Positions 1-9,278 of a stretch of DNA of 64,000 nt are shown one piece after another. Below the pieces are notes generated by a model, which saw only the letters and a program-made list of their open reading frames with translations, was not told the origin of the DNA and did no database searches. The position numbers and the translations under genes are program-made. Every line of letters starts with the position of its first letter. The stretch's first letter is position 1. The stretch covers positions 544,001 through 608,000 of the forward strand of contig CBDAOC010000020.1 of NCBI GenBank assembly GCA_965197925.1, given 5' to 3'. This DNA is from Nitrososphaerales archaeon. GTDB lineage: Archaea > Thermoproteota > Nitrososphaeria > Nitrososphaerales > UBA213.

Positions 1-153
1 AGTTCGAACTCTTCCCATAGATCGTCTGGTATATGCCATATGGTCGGCATGCTCTTTTTCTTTGATTTTCTCACAAATTTAGCTAGAGAGAACAGATCTA
101 GATCTGTTTCGGTATAAACAATCAGGCCGTGATGTTAATTTTCGGATAAGCTC
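1..153 (-). mobile_element. IS5-family element, left end plus transposase N-terminus (runs off the window)
   Basis: Minus strand 74->1 reads VRKSKKKSMPTIWHIPDDLWEEFE, an IS5-type N-terminal motif not in the ORF track. Terminal sequence GAGCTTATCCGAAAATTA at 153->136 is flanked by TA. A near-identical end occurs at 4401 and a diverged one at 49547. Confidence 0.75.
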
Positions 154-515
154 TAAGTGATTAATAGACTTGTCGGTTATTTGAACTTCAGGAAAAAATA
201 AATCATGCCTAATCTGACTGGTACTAATATCCTGATTGGAAGGATACAGAGCATTATATGTTGCGATCATTATGAGCAAAATTCTTGGAATTACTTGAAC
301 TATTTAAGATAGTCATCCTAATGATTTTATTGTCTAAAAGTGATATTGTTGAATAAAGCAAAAGTCTAATTGATTGGTGCTCTAGATTGAGAGTGTATGA
401 TCCTAGGATAATTTTATTAGTATTTTTGTCAACATGTATTCAATTTGATATAATGGAGAAATGATTGTTAATTTGTAAATTCTTCAGTTTTATGATCATT
501 TCTGCTGAATCACAA

Positions 516-1494
516 CTATGAGAACAAGATACGGGCTTCCACCGGAGCGTGGTCAGAAGATTTGCTAAATGTCGCTAGAATATCATTTCGAATGACTCCT
601 GACTGTGGAATTAATGTAATCTGGCCAGACTGAAAGCTAGGAGAGAATAAAATGTGATCTATTACTAATCTTTCCGAAGGTCCTTCATTACCAAACTTCA
701 TAGTATAGTGCTTACCTAGTTCCTTTAGGTTCTCCAGAATCTCCTTCTCACATGCATTGAGAAAGAGTTTGTAAGGCTCGCGCATAGAACCTGTCACAAT
801 ACTAGCAAAATCTCCTCCGAGACGATATTCGAACGGATCCAAACCAATCCCATCATTCATGTCCCCACAAATTACTAAGTTTCGACCAATATCCATATCC
901 AATAGGTAATTGATCCAGTTACGAATGTTTATTGCCTGTGCTAATAGTTTACGCCGATTTTCTATCGCACCGCTAGAATTTGATGACTTTTTGGATTTGG
1001 CATGAAGTATGAAAAATTTGATCGGACCAATTCGTACTCCACCATCATCATAACTAAGGTCTACTTCCAAAGGTAGTCGGTGATGGAAAAAATCTCTTTT
1101 CCAATGTTTGGATCGATTATCTTATTCCAGTCCTGAAAGGGACCATTATATTCGGAATTTCGCACTTCAAAATGCGTAAGATTCCGATCATTTCGATATA
1201 ATACCCAAACCATCTGGGTATCTCCATAGGATCTCCCCGTCTCAGGATGTCTATCCCTCTTTGAGGCTCTGATACTATTATACATCCTTCCAAGATACTC
1301 ATCCACAAAGGAATTCATCTCCCCATATTCATTTGGACCTTCTTGGATCGCCAAAATGTCTGGATTCAATGTTGTAATTGCAGAACTGATCTGCTCCAAC
1401 CTCTCTTTAGAATTCGAATCTGTCTTAGTCTATTGTTGCTGAAAAGAGCATTCATCCACTCAATGTTCCAAGTTACGATTTTCAACTCAGTCAT
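516..1494 (-). pseudogene. Endonuclease/exonuclease/phosphatase (EEP) family protein, broken by two frameshifts
   Basis: EEP motifs are spread over three pieces: MTELKIVTWNIEW (from 1494), PDILAIQEG (1061..1399), and ICGDMNDG, IDHILFS, SSDHAPV (516..1070). Confidence 0.8.
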
Positions 1495-1631
1495 TATGCC
1501 AACACCTTATAATTCAGGGTACTATCAACATAGCTAGAACAAAGAATCTAACACATTCATATAAATTTTGAATTGCTGTATTTAATCTAATTATCCCTTA
1601 TCTATCGATATTGGTCTCCAAAAATCAATAT

Positions 1632-1667
1632 TTAAATTGTAACCTCAATTAAATTGTAACCTCAATT
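1632..1667. repeat. 17-bp tandem duplication (TTAAATTGTAACCTCAA x2)
   Basis: Exact adjacent copies read directly. Confidence 0.9.
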
Positions 1668-1799
1668 CTAATAGGTTCAATTTTACACATTACATTATTT
1701 CGATACTTTTGATTAATTCATAAACAATATACCCTCATTGGTAAGCAAGCAAAAAAAGTTAGAGGCGGTGTCTAGAATTAATCAAATAAACATTATCAA

Positions 1800-2474
1800 T
1801 CAATCTGAAGAGAAAGAACTTTGGGTTAATATTATTATAGGCTCCTCCTTTTTTCCCTTTATTAGAAGAGTGCCGAGTATCTGCTTCCATTTTTTGGAAT
1901 TTATCGTTTTTGGATAAAAGATATTTTTTTGCCTGACATTTTTAAAACCTGTTTGCTTGAGTAAATCTACCCATTCTTCCCTTGAATGCATTTCCATCTT
2001 TACATGAAACTTCGTTGGCCATGAATGACTTGACTTATTTTCCAGATAGTAGTCAATACCACATAGAAACATCCCTCCAGGTTTGAGGAGATTATATATT
2101 TTTTTTAGGGTGACATTAACTGGAACAATATAATACAACGATTCCATGGAGAATATTACGTCAAACCTTTTTCTTGTATTCCATTTTAGAAGGTTTGTAC
2201 GGACGAAATACTCCTTTTTTGTTGCCTGTAACTTAGCCCTCTTAATCATCTCATTGCTAACATCTAGACCCCAAGCAGATTTGCACAGTGGATTTTCAGA
2301 GACCTTACGTACAGTCCATCCATTACCGCATCCTATATCCAGGAAATCAAAAGAATGCCCAATCTTCAATTCCTTGAGCATAATTTTCACCCCGTAGCTA
2401 TGCTCTTTTTCCAATAATAGATCTAGACCTTGAAGTGACCATTGGTCAAATAGGGCTCTAACATTATCTTTCAT
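1800..2474 (-). CDS. Class I SAM-dependent methyltransferase
   Basis: FLDIGCGNG motif I, GLDVS, FDVIFSMESLYY, LKPGG. Confidence 0.9.
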   Translation of the reverse strand: MKDNVRALFDQWSLQGLDLLLEKEHSYGVKIMLKELKIGHSFDFLDIGCGNGWTVRKVSENPLCKSAWGLDVSNEMIKRAKLQATKKEYFVRTNLLKWNTRKRFDVIFSMESLYYIVPVNVTLKKIYNLLKPGGMFLCGIDYYLENKSSHSWPTKFHVKMEMHSREEWVDLLKQTGFKNVRQKNIFYPKTINSKKWKQILGTLLIKGKKEEPIIILTQSSFSSD

Positions 2475-2733
2475 GTATCAGTTCCTCTTTCGTAGACATC
2501 ATATCTATTTGAAGGTTAAACTGAAACAAGCACTTCCAACGTTGATTATTACACCCGTGAATATTAAACCCATGACTATTATCCCCAGAACAATGTACCC
2601 AATTTACATTATACATTAATAGGATTGCGCTCGAAGGTCCACTAGTAATTCCGGAGACTTTTTAATCTTGATATTTTATTCAACAATATTATTGTGTCTG
2701 AACATAACTCCTATTTTGTTCAATCTACAAAAT

Positions 2734-3087
2734 TCAGGGCTTAAGCAATTGCCAATCATCCATAGAGTATAAAAAGATCATATATGATCCAGTTGAAAAT
2801 CCATGATTAACATCATTTCTCCAGGGTTGAACTGACGCAAAAACTGGAATGCCTCCAATTGAATATGCATATTCTTTTAATTTTTTAATTTCTTCCGATT
2901 TTATATGTGGTGATTTGGTACTGGCTTTAATCTGAATACACCACTTGTTGTTATCCTTATTTACAATTAGATCAGCTGCACCCCTGCTGGATGGGCTAAA
3001 TACAATATCCCATCCGTTCAATCTTAAATAACTGGCAACAACAAATTCCGCTTCTCTACCAAATTCACGCCATGAATAAGTCTTCAT
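2734..3087 (-). CDS. Small PD-(D/E)XK nuclease (Hjc/Mrr-like)
   Basis: GREAE...GAADLIV...IQIKAS pattern of restriction-like and Holliday-junction-resolvase nucleases. Confidence 0.75.
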   Translation of the reverse strand: MKTYSWREFGREAEFVVASYLRLNGWDIVFSPSSRGAADLIVNKDNNKWCIQIKASTKSPHIKSEEIKKLKEYAYSIGGIPVFASVQPWRNDVNHGFSTGSYMIFLYSMDDWQLLKP

Positions 3088-3308
3088 AGACGAAGGTATG
3101 AGAGTATGAGTATAAAAATTCCTGACCTACAATTATCTCTTAGGCACTGATACGTTTTGTTGTGTCCTGACCTTTCTTAAAGCTAAATCATTGATCGCGT
3201 TATTAAGTAAAAATTTACCTCGGGTGAATATTGTTATAACGAATGACTAAACTCTACAATTCAAAATCATATTAAGGAGGGAATTTGCTAATAATTGCGT
3301 AGGATCTG

Positions 3309-4400
3309 ATGTATCACATGAGGAAAATAACATTAATCGTTTTGCTGCCCTTGTTTCTATTACCTACTTTGCCAATTCTTGATTTACCTTCAATAAAAGA
3401 TGAAGATCTTGTAGTTAAGGAATTTGTTACTGATCTTGCGTTACCAACCACTATGACGTTTGTAGACGGCGATATTCTGGTTCTTCAAAAAAATGATGGA
3501 AAGGTTAGACTCGTTAGGGATGGAATCCTGCAAGACAAACCAATTCTTGATCTAAAAGTTAGTAACAAAAGTGAAAGGGGTCTTCTTGGTATTACTTCTG
3601 TTGATTCAACAATCTACCTTTACTTAACCGAATCAGACAGAGATGGAGGAGATCCCTTTGGGAACAGAATTTATCAATATCACTGGAATGGTGGGTCATT
3701 AATTGATCCAATCTTGATAAAAGATTTACCTGCAACTCCAGGGCCTAACCATGACGGAGGGGCAATGGTGACAGGTCTGGATGGCGAAGTATTTGCAGTG
3801 ATAGGTGATCTAAACAGGAGGGAACCACTCCAAAATTTGTTTCAGGGGATGTGGATGACACTGGTGTCATTTTACAGATAGTACCTGAAGAGAAGTATTA
3901 TGCAATAGGCATTAGGAATAGTTTTGGTCTTGCAATAGACCCCTATACAGGCAATCTTTGGGACACAGAGAATGGGCCTGACAAATGGGATGAGATCAAC
4001 CTTGTTCCCCCAGGCTTTAATAGTGATTGGAGAACAATCATGGGCCCAGCCACAACATCCGCATTGGAAAAACTTCCTGGTTTTGCTGATTTTGTTTATA
4101 GTGATCCTGAATTTGGTTGGGGGAAGCCCGTCGCACCAAGGCTTTATCATTTATCAATTCAGAATCGTTTGAAAAATATCAAAATAACTTGTTTGTAGGT
4201 GCTTGTAATTAATAATGGTATACTATACAACTTTAAATTAAATCCAGAGCGCAATGGATTCGTACTTGAGGAACCACAATTAACAGACTTGGCAATAAAT
4301 GAAGGAGATTCCATAGAGGAGATCGTTTTAGGAAGACAATTTGGTTGTATTACCGATATCGAAGTTGGTCCAGATGGGTACTTGTATGTAGTTTCTCTAA
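3309..4400 (+). pseudogene. PQQ-dependent glucose/sorbosone dehydrogenase family, frameshifted and truncated by an IS end
   Basis: Signal peptide, ERGLLGI, HDGG, GIRNSFGLA, ENGPDKWDEIN and DIEVGPDGYLYV are split across ORFs 3309..3881, 3851..4198 and 4199..4432. Homology stops where the IS end begins at 4401. Confidence 0.85.
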
Positions 4401-4456
4401 GAGCTTATCCGAAAATTAACATCATAGCCTAATTGTTTATACCGAAACAGATCTAG
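4401..4456 (+). mobile_element. Isolated IS5 left-end remnant
   Basis: 4401..4453 is the reverse complement of 101..153 with 3 mismatches (50/53). Confidence 0.85.
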
Positions 4457-5074
4457 AAGGAATCTGCCCACATGCAGGAGTTTGTCCTGCTGTTCCTTTC
4501 ACAGATGTTCCACTCATAATTGAATCGGATGACGATTTTAAGATGGAGATCAAAACCACTGTGCTACCAAAGGGTAGTACTTCTACTTTGGTAAAGGCAA
4601 GAGTTGGTTACGAGGGAGGCACCACAGAGATCGCGGCTGTGGCGGAATATTTTGGACAAACGTTCACACAGCTGACATTACACGGACATTCTGGTATAGA
4701 AATGGAGGCAGAGCCTTTGATATCGAGAATAATGGCAAAATCTGATTTTCCATATGTAGTATATTTGGTGGACTCTGACGGTATGGCGGCAAATTCAATT
4801 GGCGACATGACTCTCTCAATATCAAAATCGGATGAACCGGAAGCGGAGATCGGCACTTCGAGGACAACAACGGAGATAGTTGAGATAGATGCGGGAATCA
4901 TACGGAAGGGAACTTCAATGTCGTTACTACAAGCAACATCAAAAGGGAAAGGAAGTTCGGTTGTAACGGTGGAAGGTTCAGTGAAGGATATTTCTTTATC
5001 TTCAGAAGAGACGATAACTATGAATGCTCAGGTGCCAGAACGACTTGAATTCTTTATTCCAAAAACAATACTAG
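4457..5074 (+). pseudogene. Internal fragment of a larger, probably extracellular beta-rich protein, cut by IS sequence on both sides
   Basis: The Ser/Thr/Val/Glu-rich ORF 4543..5136 starts just after the IS remnant, and its last codons run into the IS terminal repeat at 5075. Confidence 0.5.
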
Positions 5075-5948
5075 CAACTCATCTCAAAACCCTACAATAC
5101 ATCAAAAATGATGCGAGATTAACAAATGCCAGGTAGTTTTCTGCCGTTCTTTCATACCTGGTTCTTGTTCTGTGAAATCCATTCTTGAGCCATGCAAGGA
5201 ATCTCTCAACTACAAATCTTGTCTTGCTGTAATGTTTGCAATCATTATTTTGCAAGATGAACTTGGGATTTATTTTGTATGGGATGCAACATGCAATATT
5301 TCTATCCCACAAATACATTCTGATGTATTTTGCATCATTTTGTCTGCATAAACTGATTCTATCTGTTGTATTGAATCATCATCAAGATAGTCTGAAATTG
5401 ATCCTGTAACATCCATGCATTTTGTACTGTCATGTTCATTTGCTGGACTCAACAGTATGGATATTGGAAATCCGTTACTCTCTACTGCGGCATGTATTTT
5501 TGTACCTGTTATTCTCTTGAATCCATTATATCCAGTTACATTGCCCCTTTTTTATCAGGAATGGATGAAGAGTCAACTGATATTTTTTGTAGATTAATTT
5601 TGCCAGATTTATGTGCTGAGTGAATAGTACGTGATAGAATCTTTTTCCAGATTCCTTTTTGTTGCCATTTGTTTAACCTTCTGTTTGCAGTAGAATCATC
5701 ACCATATCTTTTTGGCATATCGTCCCATCGGCATCCAGTAGTTAGAACATGGATTATTCCGTTAATGATTTTTCTATCATAATCCCTAGGCCTGCCAGTT
5801 TTTGCATGTGGTGGTATGTGTGATTCCATCATACTCCACTGTTTGTCTGATAATTCTTGGAATTTCATAAAATAATTTTAGATGTCGCTATTCATGGATC
5901 TAAATGGTCGCTAAAAATTGTCTAAATGGTTAGTTTTGAGATGAGTTG
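5075..5948 (-). mobile_element. IS5-family (IS427-like) insertion sequence, transposase degraded
   Basis: Perfect 16-bp TIRs CAACTCATCTCAAAAC (5075..5090) and GTTTTGAGATGAGTTG (5933..5948). ORF A has TGRPR..GCRWDDMP..YG and an A6G4 slippery site. Downstream pieces include KIHAAV, SPANEHDS and RFVVERFLAWL. Confidence 0.92.
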
Positions 5949-6221
5949 TATATATCGATTGGTAGAAATCATTTAATGAACCATGGAATTGGGAGTGTTG
6001 TCGATATTAACTTGCTATAATTAACAAATAAGTTAGGCACTAGTAGTTACCGTAGAAACGCGATTTCCTTAATTGTGTTTTGAATTGTCATTTTTCCCTT
6101 GTACTCAATTCAATTCACCTTTACCTATAATATCAAAATATATAGTCTATAAAATAATAATAAATCCTTAATTTACTTCATCTTAAGAACTTCTTAATTT
6201 CAAATTCTAAAACCAATTTGA

Positions 6222-7790
6222 TCATTCCACCTTAACCCTGTTCTTCTGCCAATTTGGTGTTTCTTTCTCGATCCACAAGAATTTCCTCTGTAAGGTACTG
6301 GTGTAAATCTTCATCCAATCTAGACCAACATGATCAGCCCAGGATTTCATCACTCTTGGATCTATATAATTGCGTAATGATGTTCCAAGGTTGTAATCTC
6401 TAGTACTTTCTGTTAACTTCAACTGAAGTTTTGCCTTCTCCTTCCGGTCCTTAAGCATTTTAGCCTGTTTCTCTGTCTTAGGTTTCGTATTTTCTATTTT
6501 CTCAAGTCTTTCTTTTTTCTTTTGTAACATCTGTTCAAAGTTCTTTGCAACAGCTTTCTTGTGGTTACATTCTATTGCAGCCTGCAGGTTTGCCATCTTT
6601 GCATGATAGATTTTCACAAATTCAGACCTCCCATCAATCTTACTATCAACCGTTGACAAATAGTTTTTCACTATTTCTGAGCCCAGGTAGGTTCTGAACA
6701 CTTTAGCAGACAAACCTGGCACTATCTTACTAAAGAACTTATTTACATGCCTTGAAGTGATTCCTGAAAATATCAATTCATCGTGTTTCTTTCCTTTCAC
6801 AAACTCTTTCATATTTTCATAAACTATGAAATCTTTGTCATGAAGTTCTAGGACTTTCTTCCATCTAACACTATCCTTGCCCAAAAAATCAAATTCTATA
6901 TTTTCATCGTTTAATTTAATATGTTCAATCCTTAGCGTAGTAGCTCCTACAGTATCTGCTTCATCTGGATCTTTTTCGTCACCCACCCTCATCGCGAGTT
7001 TGTAAATAAGATAGCAAACGGTAGCCACTTTGCGTTCCTTCACATCCTTGGTCCCCATTGCTTTATAGATCTTATCCACAACTTTGTCTATCTGACGAGC
7101 AAGATCTATTGCCTTCTCATATTTGGCCTTGTCACGTTCCTGTCTTAAAGTTGCGGCGTCTGAAAGCCATACATACTTCTCCTTTCCCGTAAGTTTATCG
7201 ACCCATCTGGCGAGCCACATGGAATCTTGATCATGAACAATGCGACCCCAGTCTCCTTTAGGCGCTTTTGCATCACTACCAAGATTTAATGTTATGTCAG
7301 CTGGATTAACTCTTGGTTTCCACTTGCCACGTAACGGATGTCTACCCCTCCCCATAAATATACCAGGCGGCTCAACCATCCAGTTGGCAACATCAAACGA
7401 TTGACCATCAACTTTAGCAACACCGTACTTTGCCTTTAATTCATCCCTTATTTTCTTTCTTTCAGCGGAGCGTTTTTTCTTATCCTCCTTGTCCAACACA
7501 ATATTCTTCTGTTGATCTACCCATTCATAAATCACGTTAAAGTCAACCTCCTCAAAACTAGCATCATTCAATTCTTGCGGAAATAGTTTCAGGAAATCTT
7601 TGATGAAATTCTGTACAAACACTGGATCTTGTATGTATGGTGTATCTTTCTTCTTTGCCCAAGCAACAGCCATCTCTTCCTGACTTTTACTCAGAGCTAC
7701 AGTTTCACCCCTAATCTTTATTTTGAAACCTAAAGGCTGGAAATCGGGAAGAAATACAACTCCATGATGCTCTAATGATTTCCATTTCAT
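6222..7790 (-). CDS. topIB: DNA topoisomerase IB (eukaryote-like, thaumarchaeal type)
   Basis: KWKSLEHHGV, EPPGIFMGRGRHPLRG, MRVGDEKD..ADTVGATTLR, FDFLGKDS, AKVFRTY, CNHKK, and GTSLRNYIDPR with the catalytic Tyr. Start placed at MKWKSL. Confidence 0.96.
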   Translation of the reverse strand: MKWKSLEHHGVVFLPDFQPLGFKIKIRGETVALSKSQEEMAVAWAKKKDTPYIQDPVFVQNFIKDFLKLFPQELNDASFEEVDFNVIYEWVDQQKNIVLDKEDKKKRSAERKKIRDELKAKYGVAKVDGQSFDVANWMVEPPGIFMGRGRHPLRGKWKPRVNPADITLNLGSDAKAPKGDWGRIVHDQDSMWLARWVDKLTGKEKYVWLSDAATLRQERDKAKYEKAIDLARQIDKVVDKIYKAMGTKDVKERKVATVCYLIYKLAMRVGDEKDPDEADTVGATTLRIEHIKLNDENIEFDFLGKDSVRWKKVLELHDKDFIVYENMKEFVKGKKHDELIFSGITSRHVNKFFSKIVPGLSAKVFRTYLGSEIVKNYLSTVDSKIDGRSEFVKIYHAKMANLQAAIECNHKKAVAKNFEQMLQKKKERLEKIENTKPKTEKQAKMLKDRKEKAKLQLKLTESTRDYNLGTSLRNYIDPRVMKSWADHVGLDWMKIYTSTLQRKFLWIEKETPNWQKNRVKVE

Positions 7791-8344
7791 AATATACACT
7801 GCTCTTGCAACTTATTCAAAAGCCCTCGCAAATGGAGATAAATGTTTGAATATATTTCCAAACATAGTCTTTTCCAATCTTTATTTAACATTAAAGGTTT
7901 ATCGATCACTAACAGATGAATTAATGATGCTTCTAAATATCTTGTGTGATCGATGGAATAATATTTACATCCCCTACCAACAGAAAAAACCATCAAATAT
8001 ATCAAATTTATAAATATTGCACTCCGGGTATATCATTTATTGTTGTATAGTAATTATTTAAATACATTCATATTTAATTTTTTAAAAATATAGATGCATA
8101 GGACATGTATTTAGAACAAGAAAATAGGGTCTCACACGAGCCGTGTAACTCCAATAGACTTTGCAACATAATTACTACCCAAGGTACGAAATTAATGTGA
8201 ATTAGATGTAATTAAATCTTGTTCGATACATCTTGTTGGGACGAACCATCTAGCAATTCCAAAATTCATTCCAGAAGTATTTGTATTATTATATGTTTTC
8301 TATAAAAGAAAACATTCCATCGACTATTCAAATTTGTACTATTA

Positions 8345-8530
8345 TTAGTGCTTCTTGAACTCTTTCCTTAATGACTTCCAACCCTTTGCTATTATCTCTT
8401 CATAAACATTTGATAGTTTAGGAATACTATCCCCTTCTATTACTGCTTGCTTCACCCGTTGCCTATAATACTCCTCTATCTCTTTAGCTATCATGTTGTC
8501 TATAGTTATGGAAGCCCTGTATTTTGTCAC
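8345..8530 (-). CDS. Small hypothetical protein, possibly ribbon-helix-helix DNA-binding
   Basis: N-terminal alternating strand (KYRASITID) followed by two predicted helices. The fold is inferred. Confidence 0.55.
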   Translation of the reverse strand: MTKYRASITIDNMIAKEIEEYYRQRVKQAVIEGDSIPKLSNVYEEIIAKGWKSLRKEFKKH

Positions 8531-8631
8531 GGAGCTTAATATACTATATTAATATATTAATATATATGCGCTAAAATATTACATATATATCATAAATGAT
8601 ATAAAGTAGACTTTCTATTATATATTGTTTC

Positions 8632-8790
8632 ATGAGCAACAAGAGGATCGTAAAAATCAGATACGGCAAAAAAACCTTCTTGCTTGACGAAGATATTATT
8701 ATCTCCGATTTCTTAAAATCTCAACATCTCGATGTTCTGAAACTCATAGTTCTCAAGGAAGTGAATGATTCTCTCATGATTAACACATGA
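8632..8790 (+). CDS. Small hypothetical protein (52 aa), divergent from 8345..8530
   Basis: ORF MSNKRIVKIRYGKKTFLLDEDIIISDFLKSQHLDVLKLIVLKEVNDSLMINT, below the track cutoff, with AT-rich TATA-like sequence upstream. Confidence 0.4.
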   Translation: MSNKRIVKIRYGKKTFLLDEDIIISDFLKSQHLDVLKLIVLKEVNDSLMINT

Positions 8791-9105
8791 AAACAGTAAT
8801 TAACTTTCACATTGATTTACAATTAAATATCTATAACGAAGTTGAAAAATCCTTGAAAAGTATTAATTCCGTTTATTGTCCTCCATCTACGCTTATACAT
8901 CCAAGATTTTTATAGTTAATTCGTTACGTATTAAGTTGCCCCACTAATCTATCAAAAAACAATTTATGATCAACTGATCAAGAATTTAACATTCTAATTC
9001 TTGGACCCAAGATCGTATGATATTGTTATCGTTCCCCTTCCTCATGAAATTCTAAAATGCTTATATCGTGATTTAGTAAATTTTGGATAAGTGATGTACT
9101 AAGAT

Positions 9106-9213
9106 GCCGGGGTAGGATAGCATGGGAGTCCGTCAGCCTCGAGATCAAATAAGGTAACAGGAAAGCTGATGTCCCATCGGGACGCGTGGGTTCAAATCCC
9201 ACTCCCGGCGCCA
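9106..9213 (+). tRNA. tRNA-Ser(CGA) with ~20-nt canonical anticodon-loop intron (~9144..9163), CCA encoded
   Basis: Acceptor GCCGGGG/TCCCGGC, anticodon stem TCAGC/GCTGA with CGA at 9140..9142, long variable arm TGTCCC-ATC-GGGACG, T arm GTGGG-TTCAAAT-CCCAC, 3' GCCA. Confidence 0.93.
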
Positions 9214-9278
9214 TGCCAATTATTCAGATATCACTGGACTTGCTTGTAATAGCAAAGTATTATACTGTATCTCTAGAG

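Noticed and set aside
101..153. 53-bp sequence repeated at 4401..4453, first read as an ultra-short MITE
   Set aside because: The same segment sits at similar spacing upstream of a transposase start at both 1..153 and 49344..49547, so it is the IS left end, not an independent element.
9186..9278. ORF-track N-terminal extension of TrkH and antisense ORF 9026..9214
   Set aside because: Both overlap tRNA-Ser. MGSNPTPG and GVGFEPT are typical tRNA shadow translations.
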